Origin: Polyangiaceae bacterium | GTDB taxonomy: Bacteria > Myxococcota_A > Polyangia > Polyangiales > Polyangiaceae | Direction: 5' to 3' | Assembly: GCA_035063585.1 (NCBI GenBank) | Contig: JAPSGB010000014.1 | Span: 35,533-99,532, forward strand | DNA length: 64,000 nt | Part shown: one piece after another, positions 8,291-18,346 of the stretch | How the letters are laid out: each line of letters starts with the position of its first letter | How positions within the stretch are numbered: position 1 is the stretch's first letter | Notes under the pieces: generated by a model | What the model was told of the DNA's origin: nothing | The model's input: only the letters and a program-made list of their open reading frames with translations | The model's database searches: none | Position numbers and translations under genes: made by a program

Positions 8291-9751
8291 ATGAGTGAGA
8301 GGCCGTCGCTCGCCATTCCAGTAATGACCGCGATCTTCCTCGCCGCGAGCGGTTGCACGCCGAGCGAACCGTCCGACTCCGGGACGGGCGGCGGAGCGGG
8401 TTGGGGCGGATTTCCGGGTACGGGCGGAAACGCGGGCACCGGTGGGACTCCGGGCACCGGTGGGACTCCGGGCACCGGTGGGACTCCGGGCACCGGTGGG
8501 ACTCCGGGCACCGGTGGGACTCCGGGCACCGGTGGGACTCCGGGCACCGTCACGATCGACGAGCTCGGCTTCTCGTCGCCCGATCTCGCGATCTCGAGCG
8601 ACGGCGTCGCGCACCTCGTCTACTACTCCGGGTTTGCTCCAGCGAAGCTCTTCTACGCCGAATGCAAGACGAACTGCGGCTCGCGAGCTGGGTGGACGAC
8701 CACCGAGCTCGATGAGTCCTACTTCGTGCACGAGCCAAAGATCGCGACGGGCCCGGACGGGCTCACCCATCTCGTGTGGGGGCGGAGCGTGAGCGCGCTC
8801 GGCAGCGACCAAGTGTACTACGCTAGCTGCGCCGGAAACTGCGCCGCGGAGTCGAGCTGGACGGGGGGCGACATCTCCACGGCGAGCCTCGGAGGCCGCT
8901 TGGATCCGCTCGGCTCGCGGTTGACGGTCGGCAACGACGGGCGCGTGAGCTTCGCGCTCAGCAGCGCGGGCTCCGGCGGACCGCTCGTCGTGATGACGTG
9001 CCAGAGCGGCTGTGAGCAGGCGGCGGCGTGGAGCTCCGGCGGCGTACGTGCCGGCAGCACACGCCTGGCGACGACCGCCCACGGCAGCACCCTTCACCAG
9101 CTCCTCAACGATGACTCGAACGCGCTCGTCTATCGCCGCTGCGACGCCAACTGCGAGGCTCCCGGGAGCTGGCAAGAATCCGAGCGGCTCTTCTGGCATA
9201 GCGGGCGGACCCCGACCGCGGTCGCCGTCTCGGGCTCCGGCGTCGTCTACGCGGCGTTCAATCAGGGGTTGCTCGGCTCGAGCGAGCCCGAGGCCGCGCC
9301 AGGCGACGGTCGGCTCTTCGTCGAGCGCTGCGCGAGCGACTGCATGAGGCCGTCAGGTTGGACCGGGCTCATGATGGGGCCGGACGGCGAAGGCGCGGAC
9401 GGCCTGTCGATGGTAACGGCGGGAGAGGCTGTCGTCCTCTCGGCGTCGCGCGTGGGCACGGTCACGATGTGGGCCTGCGCGGATGACTGCGCGGACGGGG
9501 CGTCATGGGCTGCCGGCCCGATCGATGACTCGCAGGCGATCGCCAGTCAGTGGGATCCTTACGTCCTGGCTGCCCCATCGTGTTCGGGAGCTCGCCCCTC
9601 GTTCGCGGGTTGGTACGCAAATGAGACTGCCGTCGGGATCACGCCCTCCGGGAGCGCGCTCTTCGTCCACAAGACCCGCATGCTGGTCGAGTGCGCGGGA
9701 GGCGGGATGTCGTACGTGCCCGGCTTCGGCCGGATCGTGTTTCTCCCCTGA
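8291..9751 (+). CDS. hypothetical lipoprotein with six CxxxC-x5-W modules
   Basis: GGAGG RBS, lipobox ASGC, (GTGGTP)6 linker, repeated Cys-pair modules. Confidence 0.8.
   Translation: MSERPSLAIPVMTAIFLAASGCTPSEPSDSGTGGGAGWGGFPGTGGNAGTGGTPGTGGTPGTGGTPGTGGTPGTGGTPGTGGTPGTVTIDELGFSSPDLAISSDGVAHLVYYSGFAPAKLFYAECKTNCGSRAGWTTTELDESYFVHEPKIATGPDGLTHLVWGRSVSALGSDQVYYASCAGNCAAESSWTGGDISTASLGGRLDPLGSRLTVGNDGRVSFALSSAGSGGPLVVMTCQSGCEQAAAWSSGGVRAGSTRLATTAHGSTLHQLLNDDSNALVYRRCDANCEAPGSWQESERLFWHSGRTPTAVAVSGSGVVYAAFNQGLLGSSEPEAAPGDGRLFVERCASDCMRPSGWTGLMMGPDGEGADGLSMVTAGEAVVLSASRVGTVTMWACADDCADGASWAAGPIDDSQAIASQWDPYVLAAPSCSGARPSFAGWYANETAVGITPSGSALFVHKTRMLVECAGGGMSYVPGFGRIVFLP
8433..8549 (+). repeat. perfect 18-bp tandem repeat, 6.5 copies
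   Basis: Unit CGGGCACCGGTGGGACTC at 8433, 8451, 8469, 8487, 8505, 8523 plus a partial copy; encodes GTGGTP. Confidence 0.97.
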
Positions 9752-9916
9752 CGCGCGCGGCTCGCCTCGACCGGGCTCTGCGCGCCTGCCGATGGCTCGA
9801 GGTGACGGGTCGGCGTGGCCGGCGTCGCGGACGCCGCCGTCGCGCTCGGCTCGCCGCTGCGGCTCGCCCGCGAGCGCTCGCGTCAGGGAGCGCCGTTCGA
9901 GGACGAGCACGGACTC

Positions 9917-9995
9917 GACCGATCGGTCAAGCGGGTGAGAAATTCCTCGCGATCCACGGTCAGCATAGGGATGCGCGCATTGACCGATCGGTCAA
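9917..9995. promoter_or_regulatory. two copies of an operator-like palindrome
   Basis: TTGACCGATCGGTCAA at 9980-9995 (perfect 16 bp) and GACCGATCGGTCAA at 9917-9930. Confidence 0.55.
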
Positions 9996-11362
9996 ATACG
10001 GATCTTCGCCCAGCGACCTCGGGCGAAGATCACGCCGATGATGAGGGTTCGCACCACCCAGTCGACGCCGCTCGCGATCCACACGCCCTCGAGTCCCAGG
10101 CCACGCACGACGCCGAGCCAGTAGAGCGCGCCGACCCGCACCAGGAGCCCGCCCGCGAGCGCCGAGAGCATCGGTGAGCGTGTGTCGCCCGCGCCGCGCA
10201 GCGACTGCGCGAGCACCACCGCCACCGCCATGAACGGCTGCGCCGCGGCGAGCAACGGCAGCGCGCGGAGCCCGGTCGAGACGAGCGGCGCGCTCGGCTC
10301 GCCGCGCGGTACGAATGCGGCAAGGGTGAACGGCGCGGTCGCCCACAAGGCGAGGCCGAGCGCGGTGAGCACCAGCGCGGCGAGCCCGGCGGCGATGAGC
10401 GCGGCCGCGCGGGCCGACTTCTCCGCGTCGCGGCCGAGCGCCTGACCGACCACCGCCGCCGCCGCGATGCCGAAGCCATCGGCGCTGAGCCAGCAGATCG
10501 ACTCGAGCGTGAGCAGCGCCTGGTTGCCAGCCATCACCAGCGCGCCGAGCCGGGAGACGAGCGCCGCGTAGAGGAGGTAGCCCGCGTGGATGGCGATCCG
10601 CTCGAGCAGGGCGGGGGCGCTCACGCGCAGCAAGGCGCGCCGCGCGTCGGCGGCCCGGTCGCCGGCCGAGCCGAACAATCCCAAGACCGTCACTGGAGCG
10701 CCGGGGCGTCGTAGTACCCAGAGCAGGAGCGCGGCCTCGACGCTGAACGCGACCACGCTCGCGGCGGCGGCACCGGCGACCCCGAAGGCGGGGAGGGTGA
10801 GCGGCCCGAGCTTCACCCCGAAGATGAGCACCACGTCCGCGATCACGTGCAGCGCGTTGCTCGCGAGCCCGATGATGAAGGGGGTCCGCGTGTTGCCCGC
10901 GCCATGCATCACCATGGCGGCGGTGGTGGCGAGGAACATCTGGGGGAATCCGAAATAGATGACCCGGAGATATTCGCGTGACAGCTCGCGCAGGGACTCC
11001 GACTCGGGGCCGATCGCGTCGACCAGCGGGCGGAGGAACGCGAGGCCTAGCCCGCCCACGAGCACGCCGAGCACGAGCGACACGCGGAGCGCGGCGCGCG
11101 CGATGTTCGACGCGCGCTCGGGGTCCCGCGCGCCGACCGCGCGCGCGATGAGTGGCACGGTGCCGACGGTGAGGCCCGCGAACACGTTGAACACCGACCA
11201 GACGATGGCGCCTTGCACCTGCATGCTGGCGAGCGCTGGCTCGCTGAAGCGGCCGAGCATCAGCCGATCGGTGAGGAAGACCAGCGTCTGGAGGAAGCTG
11301 GTCATCACCGCCGGGCCGGTGAGGCGGAGCACCTCGCGGGCGACGCTGCGCGTCTCGGACAT
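9992..11362 (-). CDS. MATE family efflux transporter
   Basis: D.LMLGR, GAGNTRTP, GVAGAA.AS, LRGAGDTRSP, GLGL.GVW; about 12 TMs. Confidence 0.93.
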   Translation of the reverse strand: MSETRSVAREVLRLTGPAVMTSFLQTLVFLTDRLMLGRFSEPALASMQVQGAIVWSVFNVFAGLTVGTVPLIARAVGARDPERASNIARAALRVSLVLGVLVGGLGLAFLRPLVDAIGPESESLRELSREYLRVIYFGFPQMFLATTAAMVMHGAGNTRTPFIIGLASNALHVIADVVLIFGVKLGPLTLPAFGVAGAAAASVVAFSVEAALLLWVLRRPGAPVTVLGLFGSAGDRAADARRALLRVSAPALLERIAIHAGYLLYAALVSRLGALVMAGNQALLTLESICWLSADGFGIAAAAVVGQALGRDAEKSARAAALIAAGLAALVLTALGLALWATAPFTLAAFVPRGEPSAPLVSTGLRALPLLAAAQPFMAVAVVLAQSLRGAGDTRSPMLSALAGGLLVRVGALYWLGVVRGLGLEGVWIASGVDWVVRTLIIGVIFARGRWAKIRI

Positions 11363-11449
11363 GGGGGCGCGCGAGCATAGCCGAAGCGGCCCGGGGCGCT
11401 CGGCGGAGTTCGGCGCGCCCGCTCGTCGTCGAGGGCCCACCGCCGAGCG

Positions 11450-12094
11450 TCAGTCGCCGAGCGTCCAGGGCTCGCGGCGCGCGGCCTCGACCCACTCCTG
11501 CATGGGCGGGTAGGCCCACACCGCGTCCGCGTACGACGCCTCGACCGGGTCGAGCGGGACGCCGTAGGTGCGAAACCGGCTCACGATGGGCGCGAACATC
11601 GCGTCGGCGACCCCGAACGAGCCGAAGAGGAAGCGCTGCCCCGAGCCGCCGAAGCGCGCGCGGCAGTCCCGCCACAACTCGCACACCCGCGCCACCTCGG
11701 CCGCGACCGCTTCCGAGTCAGCGTGGCTCGAGCGCTCGGCGCGGACGTTCATCGGCATCGCCCGGCGCACCGCCGTGAAGCCGGCGTGCATCTCCGCGCT
11801 GACCGCGCGCGCCACCGCGCGCGCCGCGCGATCGGTGGGCCAGAGCCCGGCGGAAGGGAAACGTTCTGCCACGTACTCGCAGATGGCGAGCGATTCGTGG
11901 ATGACGAGTGTGCCGTCGATGAGGACCGGCACTCGACCGGAAGGCGAGCGCGCGGCGAGCCTCGCCGCGGTGTCGGGCTGGTCGAGCGGGATGAGCTCTT
12001 CGTCGAACGACGCGTTCGCGGCGCGGAGCGCGAGCCACGCGCGGAGCGACCACGACGAGTAGTTCTTGTTACCGATGACCAGCGTGGTGGACAC
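11450..12094 (-). CDS. glutathione S-transferase family protein
   Basis: GNKNYSSWSLR.W, SPSGRVPVL, ESLAICEY, AEMHAGF, FLFG.F..ADAM.AP. Confidence 0.93.
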   Translation of the reverse strand: MSTTLVIGNKNYSSWSLRAWLALRAANASFDEELIPLDQPDTAARLAARSPSGRVPVLIDGTLVIHESLAICEYVAERFPSAGLWPTDRAARAVARAVSAEMHAGFTAVRRAMPMNVRAERSSHADSEAVAAEVARVCELWRDCRARFGGSGQRFLFGSFGVADAMFAPIVSRFRTYGVPLDPVEASYADAVWAYPPMQEWVEAARREPWTLGD

Positions 12095-12169
12095 GTCGAC
12101 CTCGACGCCATCAGGCAGGCTCAGGGCGCCTGCGTCAAGACCGCGCGAGCGCGTCGCGGGCGCCGACGC

Positions 12170-12790
12170 TCAGTACACGACCGAGTCGTTCGCTGGAGGC
12201 GCGGGCTCCGCCGGCGGGTCTTCCTCGTCGTCGCCGGCCGGCTCTTCGGTGTCGCCGCCGCTCGGCGCCGGCGCGGCGCGTGTGAGGTTCGGAACGAACG
12301 GTCGCGCGAGCGGGCGACCGATGATGCGCGCCGCCGCCGGCGGCGCCTCGACCTCCTCCTCCTCTTCTTCTTCTTGCCCGACCGGCTCGGGGGGCGGGGG
12401 CGGCGGAGGAGGAGGGGGCGGCGCGACGAACTCCGGCGTCACCGCGGGAGGAGGCGACTCGACCGCGCGCGGGATGGCCGGCGTCACCGGGCTGGGGGGG
12501 GGAGTATCGAAACCGAACGCGTTCGCTGCGGCCGCGTTCGAGCCGGGGCTCGGACGCAGCGTGCGTGAGCGGCGCGCGCCGCTCGCCCCGCTGCCGAGCG
12601 CGTCGGTGGTGATGACGCCGGCGTCGGGCGCGAAGCCCGTCTGGGGCGAGCGGGCGATCTTGGCTTCACCGATGCGGTCCGGCACCGCGAGCACGACGAG
12701 CCCCACGTATGAGAGCGCCGCTCCCACGAGCGCGTAGAACGGCGTCCACCGCCAGCGCACCGCCGAAGTCATGACGCTCGCCGCTCCCAT
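12170..12790 (-). CDS. hypothetical Pro/Glu-rich single-pass membrane protein
   Basis: N-terminal TM, poly-Pro then poly-Glu runs; fills the gap between dusB and the GST gene on the same strand. Confidence 0.6.
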   Translation of the reverse strand: MGAASVMTSAVRWRWTPFYALVGAALSYVGLVVLAVPDRIGEAKIARSPQTGFAPDAGVITTDALGSGASGARRSRTLRPSPGSNAAAANAFGFDTPPPSPVTPAIPRAVESPPPAVTPEFVAPPPPPPPPPPPEPVGQEEEEEEEVEAPPAAARIIGRPLARPFVPNLTRAAPAPSGGDTEEPAGDDEEDPPAEPAPPANDSVVY

Positions 12791-12877
12791 GTTGTGGCGC
12801 CCTCGGGCGATGATAGCGCGCGCCCGACGCTCCGCCAATACCGCGGGTTCCCTCAATGGTTTCGCGACGCTCGGAGC

Positions 12878-14050
12878 TCAGCCGCCGTCGCTCGCGTCCT
12901 CGGCTTCGGGCGGAGTGGCGTCGTCGAGGTCGTCCAGATAGCCCTCGGGGAGGCTCACCTGCTGAGTCCCGGCGCTCTTGCCGCGTGGGACGCGCATCGC
13001 CGAGAGCGGAAACGGCTGCTCGCGGTCGACCGCGACGAGCGCCTGGCGCAAGTCCTCGAGGGACTCGATCTGCATCAGCGCCGCGCGGAGCTGCGCGCTG
13101 CCGCGGAACCCCTTCGTGTACCAGGTCGCGTGACGGCGGAAGGAGCGCATCGCCGGTCCCTCGCCGAGCCACTCCGCAAGCAGGCTCGCGTGCTCGAGCA
13201 TCACCTCGACGACCTCACCGAGCCGCGGCGGGTCCTCGGGAACCCTGCCGTCGAACGCTTGGGAGAGCTCGCGGAACAGCCAGGGCCGGCCGAGGCAGCC
13301 GCGCCCCACCACCACGCCGTCGCAGCCCGTCTCGCGCATCATGCGGAGCGCGTCGCCCGCCTCGAAGATGTCGCCGTTGCCGAGCACCGGGATCGACACC
13401 GCTCGCTTGAGCTCGCCGATCGCCTCCCAGCGCGCCTCGCCATCGTAGAGTTGGGCCGCGGTGCGAGCGTGGAGCGCGACGCACGCCACACCCTCGCCTT
13501 CGCCGATGTGTCCCGCGTCGAGGAAGGTGGTGAGGTGGTCATCGATGCCGATGCGGAACTTGATGGTCACCGGGACCGTCCCGGCCGCCTGCACGGCGGC
13601 CCGGACGATGTCGCGGAGGAGCCGGCGCTTCACCGGGATGGCGGCGCCGCCGCCCTTGCGGGTCACCTTTCGCACGGGGCACCCGAAGTTCATGTCGATG
13701 TGGTCGACGCGGCCCTCCCCCGTGAGGCGTCGCACCGCCTCACCGACATAATAGGGGTCGACGCCGTAGAGCTGGAGGCTGCGCGGAGACTCGTTTGGGC
13801 CGAAATCTGCTAGCTTCAGGGTCTTGTCCCGCCCCTCGACCAGGGGCCGCGCCGTGATCATCTCGCTCACATAGAGCCCCGCGCCGAAGCGACGACAGAG
13901 GGCGCGGAACGGGTAGTTGGTCACGCCAGCCATCGGCGCGAGCACCACCGGTGGCCACACCGTGAGCGGGCCGACCACGAGCGGAGCGAACTCGCCGGCG
14001 CGCGCCGGCGGGACGTCCCGGTTCTTCGGAGAAGCGTAGCCGACGCCCAT
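12878..14050 (-). CDS. dusB: tRNA dihydrouridine synthase DusB
   Basis: LAPMAGVTN.PFR, SEM, QLYG, IDMNFGCP, TIKFR.G, LHART, GNGDI, GRG.LG.PWLF. Confidence 0.93.
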   Translation of the reverse strand: MGVGYASPKNRDVPPARAGEFAPLVVGPLTVWPPVVLAPMAGVTNYPFRALCRRFGAGLYVSEMITARPLVEGRDKTLKLADFGPNESPRSLQLYGVDPYYVGEAVRRLTGEGRVDHIDMNFGCPVRKVTRKGGGAAIPVKRRLLRDIVRAAVQAAGTVPVTIKFRIGIDDHLTTFLDAGHIGEGEGVACVALHARTAAQLYDGEARWEAIGELKRAVSIPVLGNGDIFEAGDALRMMRETGCDGVVVGRGCLGRPWLFRELSQAFDGRVPEDPPRLGEVVEVMLEHASLLAEWLGEGPAMRSFRRHATWYTKGFRGSAQLRAALMQIESLEDLRQALVAVDREQPFPLSAMRVPRGKSAGTQQVSLPEGYLDDLDDATPPEAEDASDGG

Positions 14051-14208
14051 GGGGCGCGAAGCATGGGCGCGGCGCGCGACTCACGCCACCCGGGGCCCGG
14101 GCGTCCGCTCCGCGCCGCGATTTGGTCGAGCGGGAGGAAATTGCCCCCACCATCGCGTTGCGAAGCAGTAGGATGGTGTACGTCCGCTACCGGTCGAGAT
14201 CCCCACAA

Positions 14209-14865
14209 ATGTCTGGTCCTGGATACTGGCTGGTCGTCGAAGACGACGAAAAGGTGGCGAACGTGCTGCGCCGCGTGCTCGAGCGATTTCGAGTGACCCA
14301 GGTCGTCGCCACGGTCCAGGCGGCCAAGGCGCTCCTGGCGACCGACGCGCGGTGGACGGGACTGATCGTGGACCTCGGCCTCCCCGACGGCTCCGGCTTC
14401 GAGGTCGTGATGCACGCGCGGCGCGCGATGCCGCTGGTGCCCATCCTGGTGCTCACCGGACAGCACGAGCGCGACGACATCAACCGCGCGCATCAGCTCC
14501 GCGCCGAGTACCTGGTGAAGCCAGCCTCAGCTCCCGAGCTGTTCGGGTTCCTGCGGCGCGCGGTCTCGCTCGAGCGGGTCCCGAACGAGCGCGTCGCTTG
14601 GCTGGTGGAAGAGCTCACCAAGCGGCTCCGGCTCACCGCGCGCGAAGCAGAGCTCATCGCCGCGGCGGTGGCGAACACCCCGCGGAGCGAGCTGCGCGAG
14701 CAGTTTTCCATCACCGACAACACGCTGAAGACCCAGATCCGTCAAGTCCTGCAGAAGACGGGCTTCGAATCGCTCGATGCGCTCGCCAAGGCCATCCTCC
14801 GCGCGGCGCTGACCGGGTCCGACGCGACGCTGAGCGCGCTCACCAGCGAACCGCACGGGCACTGA
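14209..14865 (+). CDS. orphan response regulator (REC + LuxR-like HTH)
   Basis: LVVEDD, DLGLPDGSG, LTG, KP; C-terminal LTAREAEL...TLKTQI..VLQK. No kinase gene nearby. Confidence 0.85.
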   Translation: MSGPGYWLVVEDDEKVANVLRRVLERFRVTQVVATVQAAKALLATDARWTGLIVDLGLPDGSGFEVVMHARRAMPLVPILVLTGQHERDDINRAHQLRAEYLVKPASAPELFGFLRRAVSLERVPNERVAWLVEELTKRLRLTAREAELIAAAVANTPRSELREQFSITDNTLKTQIRQVLQKTGFESLDALAKAILRAALTGSDATLSALTSEPHGH

Positions 14866-14876
14866 GGGCGCGGGCG

Positions 14877-15455
14877 TCAGCGGCGGGCGCACCCGAGTCG
14901 CCCCGAGAGTCCCCAGCGCGTGGTCATCCCGACCGTGTGCCCTGCGACGCGCCCTCTCGGATCGACGAAGTACGTGGTGGGAAACGCGCCCACGTGATAC
15001 GCGCGGAGCACCGCCTCGTTGCCGAGCAGAATCGGGTACTTCAGCTCATGCTCGGATGCGAACGCGCGGATCCGCTCGCGGTCGTCGCCGTCGGCGACCA
15101 CGGTGAGCATCGCTTGGTCGGGTCCGAGCCCGCGACTCACCGCGTTCAGCGCGCCGAACTCCTGCCGACACACGCCGCACCAGGTCGCCCAGAATTGAAT
15201 CATGACGGATTTTCCGCGGAGGTCGGAGAGCTTCACCTCATGCCCGTCGAGATCGAGCAGCGCGAGCTCGGGCGCCAGGTCGGTGCCGGTGGCGAGCAAG
15301 TCCTTCTCGCGCCAGGCAGACACCGCGAAGTAGACGAGGAGGACCAGCGCGATCTCGAGGAGCCAGCGAAGCCGTCGCGCTCCGCGCGGTCTGGTCTGCT
15401 GCTCGGCCGACGTTGCCGCAGCTTCCGTCGCCGGTGTCCCGGGCGGCCTGTTCAC
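14877..15455 (-). CDS. TlpA-like thiol-disulfide oxidoreductase
   Basis: TM anchor, FWATWCGVC, FPTTYFVD. Confidence 0.9.
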   Translation of the reverse strand: MNRPPGTPATEAAATSAEQQTRPRGARRLRWLLEIALVLLVYFAVSAWREKDLLATGTDLAPELALLDLDGHEVKLSDLRGKSVMIQFWATWCGVCRQEFGALNAVSRGLGPDQAMLTVVADGDDRERIRAFASEHELKYPILLGNEAVLRAYHVGAFPTTYFVDPRGRVAGHTVGMTTRWGLSGRLGCARR

Positions 15456-15760
15456 GGGCGCCTCGCGCGTCCTTGAAGGAGCGCGCGCACCGCGTGGCGG
15501 GCGAGCATCGGCGCCGAGAAGATCGAGCGCGCGAGGGAGCCCGCGAGCGCGATGGGAGAGCTGCCCCGCGCCTCGATGGCGACGCGTTCGCCGGTCGCCG
15601 CATCTTCCATCGCGCCGCGCGCGATGGTGCGGGTGCCGTCCGAGCGGATCTCGACGATCAGTCGCGCTACGACCGGCGGCTCATCGGGGGGAGCCGCGAG
15701 CGGCGTCGCTCGATTCGGCGCGAGCTCGGCTCGGTCGCTATCCCCGTCGTCGGCGCCCAT
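15452..15760 (-). CDS. hypothetical protein
   Basis: Globular-looking core VARLIVEIRSDGTRTIARGA; 4-nt overlap with the TlpA gene. Confidence 0.65.
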   Translation of the reverse strand: MGADDGDSDRAELAPNRATPLAAPPDEPPVVARLIVEIRSDGTRTIARGAMEDAATGERVAIEARGSSPIALAGSLARSIFSAPMLARHAVRALLQGRARRP

Positions 15761-15811
15761 GCGGGACCCTTAGCGCGGCGCACCGTCGCTCGCCAACCGC
15801 GCGCGTCATGG

Positions 15812-16870
15812 CTAGCTGCGCGATGGAGTCCGGACGTGGAGCGGCTCGATCCGCTCGGGCGCTGCCGCCGGTTGAATCGAGTAACCGGTGCCACGCCGCT
15901 CAGCGGGTTCTTCTCGTGGTTGTCGGTCCGGCGCGGGAACCGAGGGGGGAGTGGGCACGGTCAAGAGCGCGGCCAGCTCCGCGGGCGGCGTCGGGTGGCT
16001 GCTCGGCCTCTCGCCGCGCTCCGCGGGCGCGGGCCGGGCCGGCTCCGCGTCCACCCGTGGTCTCGGGCCGATCGGGTTGGTCTTTCGTTGGCTCGCTGCG
16101 GTGCTCTTGGCCGCGACCGGCTCGGCAGGCCCGGGGTCGGGAGGTGGCGGTTGCGTGGGGAGCGCGTCGCGTCGCGCGGGCCCCGTGGCGTCGAGCGCGC
16201 GCTGCGCTTCGTCTCGCTGCGTCTGCAACCGCCTGAGCACCTCGCGCGAGCGATTGCGCTCGGCGGTGAGCGCGTCGATCTCTCGACGCGCTCCGGCCAG
16301 CTCGCGCATGAGCGCGTCGGCGTCGAGCGCTTCCGAGCTCCGCGAGTCGATGAGCGGTTGCACTCGTCCCCCGGGGAGCGTGCGCTCCGCGGCCGACCCG
16401 CTTCGGTGCTTGGCCTCGAGCGCCTCGAGCGCGTCATCGTGCTCCTCGATGAGCGCGGCCAGAAAGCGGTCCTGCTCCTCCACCAGGAAGGCGCGCTCGC
16501 GCGAGGCTCGCGCGCGTTCGAGGTCGAGCGCCTCGAGCGCCGCGGAGTGCTCGCCGCGCAGGCGCCTGAGTTGCTCCTCGAGCTCGGCGTTGCGATCGGT
16601 GGCGACCCGCAAGAGGCGCTTCGCCGAGCTCAGCTCCTCCACGAGCTGTCCGGTGGACTCACGCGCACCGTTCAGCCCGTCGCTCATCTCGCGCACCGCG
16701 CGGAAGAGCGCGCTGAGGCTCGCCTCGGTGCGCGTGCCGGCGACGAGCGCCGCTTGGACCCGCTCCTCGATGGCGTTCGTCGCGGTGGGGTCGGTGTTCG
16801 CCGCTGGCTCGCGGCCACCGCCAGGGGCGGCGCCGCGCGCGCCGGCCGGGAGCTCTCGCGAGTCCACCAT
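15812..16870 (-). CDS. hypothetical coiled-coil protein with Pro-rich tail
   Basis: Long Leu/Glu/Arg heptad stretches; TACGAT -10-like box 7 nt before the ATG at 16870. Confidence 0.7.
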   Translation of the reverse strand: MVDSRELPAGARGAAPGGGREPAANTDPTATNAIEERVQAALVAGTRTEASLSALFRAVREMSDGLNGARESTGQLVEELSSAKRLLRVATDRNAELEEQLRRLRGEHSAALEALDLERARASRERAFLVEEQDRFLAALIEEHDDALEALEAKHRSGSAAERTLPGGRVQPLIDSRSSEALDADALMRELAGARREIDALTAERNRSREVLRRLQTQRDEAQRALDATGPARRDALPTQPPPPDPGPAEPVAAKSTAASQRKTNPIGPRPRVDAEPARPAPAERGERPSSHPTPPAELAALLTVPTPPSVPAPDRQPREEPAERRGTGYSIQPAAAPERIEPLHVRTPSRS

Positions 16871-17030
16871 CGGGCTCATCGTAGCAGCCGGGAAGAGCCG
16901 CGTGAACCTTGCGAAGCAATCCGAATTTGTCCGCTGAATCCAGCTGTTACCGCGCTTCCGAGAGCGGCGCCCGAGCTCGCGCCAGCGCGTGTGAGGCCGG
17001 GTCCCCGGCTCTGAGTCAAGCTGCTAGGAT

Positions 17031-17954
17031 GTGCTAGCCGTGCGTTTCGTCCGCTCGACCCTCGCTCTGATGACGGTCGCGATGGTCATCGGCTGCCGCG
17101 CCGGAGACCACGCGGGCGACCCAGCGCCCGCCAGAGCGAGCGCCTCGGCGTTCGTCGCGCCGCCACCGCTCGAGGAGCCCTCGCTCCTCGCCGGGGCGCC
17201 AATCACCTTCCGCACCAGCGACGGGGCGACCCTCGCCGGCGATCTCTACTTGGCGAAGGAGCGCCGGTCGCCGGCGGTCGTGCTCGTGCACCGGCAGTTC
17301 CGTGATCGCGGGGAGTGGCGACCACTCGTCGACGTGCTGCGGGGTGCCAAGGCCCCCTGCACCGTGCTCGCCTTCGATCTGCGTGGGCAGGGGGAGTCCG
17401 GTCTCCCGCCCGCGCGCCCGGCTCAGAAGCGGGCGGCGACCAGCAGTTCCGAGGATGTGCGCGCGGCCATCGCCGCGGTCGTCGAGGCGACCGACGGCGC
17501 TACCAGCGGGGTCGTGCTGATCGGCTCATCGCTCGGCGCGGCGCTGGTCGCGCAGGCGGCGGTGAGCGAGCCGAAGGTGGTGGCGCTCGGGATGATCTCG
17601 CCGGGAATGGATCTCGACGGACAAGACGCGCTGCATCCTTTCGCGACGGTCCGCGAGTTGCCCGCCTTCATAGCCATGGCCGCTGATGACAACGTGAGTA
17701 GGGAGCCGGTCGCGCTGCTCGAGCGGATCGCCAAGTCGGGGACCGTCAAACGCTATCCGGGCGCGGGGCATGGTGCCGACGCGCTCGGCGCCCAGGCCCC
17801 GGCGCTGTTCGCGGATCTGGAGGGCTGGCTCGAGAGCGTTCGCGACGCGAAGCCCATCCCGAGGGAGCCCGAAGGCTCGCCGGTGCGCGGCGCGGCCGTC
17901 GCAGAGCCGGCCGGCAAGAGGGCGCGTGCGTCTGCCGGCGGAGGGCGGCCGTGA
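17031..17954 (+). CDS. exported alpha/beta hydrolase
   Basis: Signal ending IGC; DLRGQGES, GSSLG nucleophile elbow, GHG. Start codon uncertain. Confidence 0.8.
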   Translation: MLAVRFVRSTLALMTVAMVIGCRAGDHAGDPAPARASASAFVAPPPLEEPSLLAGAPITFRTSDGATLAGDLYLAKERRSPAVVLVHRQFRDRGEWRPLVDVLRGAKAPCTVLAFDLRGQGESGLPPARPAQKRAATSSSEDVRAAIAAVVEATDGATSGVVLIGSSLGAALVAQAAVSEPKVVALGMISPGMDLDGQDALHPFATVRELPAFIAMAADDNVSREPVALLERIAKSGTVKRYPGAGHGADALGAQAPALFADLEGWLESVRDAKPIPREPEGSPVRGAAVAEPAGKRARASAGGGRP

Positions 17955-18346
17955 CGCGCATCTTGATCGTCGAAGACTCCACGAGCATGCGCGCGTTCGT
18001 GCGTAGCGCGCTCGAGGCGGGCCTCTCTGGGCACGGGGAGGCAGAGGTGGTGGAGGCGGCGAGCGGCTTCGATGCGCTCCGGCTCTTGCCCCGGGGCCAC
18101 TACGACATCGTCATTACCGACATCAACATGCCGGACATCAACGGCCTCGAGTTGGTGCAGTTCATGCGTAAGAGCGACCGACATCGCGAGACGCCGGTCC
18201 TGCTCATCTCCACCCAGTCCGCCGAGCGCGATCGCGACCGCGGGATGTCGCTCGGGGCGAACGGCTACCTGACCAAGCCGTTCACGCCCGAGTCGCTGAG
18301 AGCGGAGGCACAGCGGCTGCTCGCCGCGTCCCCTCGAGCCTCATGA
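17951..18346 (+). CDS. cheY: CheY-like single-domain response regulator
   Basis: ILIVEDS, TDINMPDINGLEL, YLTKPF; precedes cheA. Confidence 0.9.
   Translation: MTRILIVEDSTSMRAFVRSALEAGLSGHGEAEVVEAASGFDALRLLPRGHYDIVITDINMPDINGLELVQFMRKSDRHRETPVLLISTQSAERDRDRGMSLGANGYLTKPFTPESLRAEAQRLLAASPRAS

Noticed and set aside
8433..8549. Possible CRISPR array
   Set aside because: Head-to-tail 18-bp repeats with no spacers, in frame inside a CDS; no cas genes.
9503..9910. Small minus-strand gene or TetR remnant downstream of the palindromes
   Set aside because: No HTH-like sequence; overlaps the 3' end of the lipoprotein gene.
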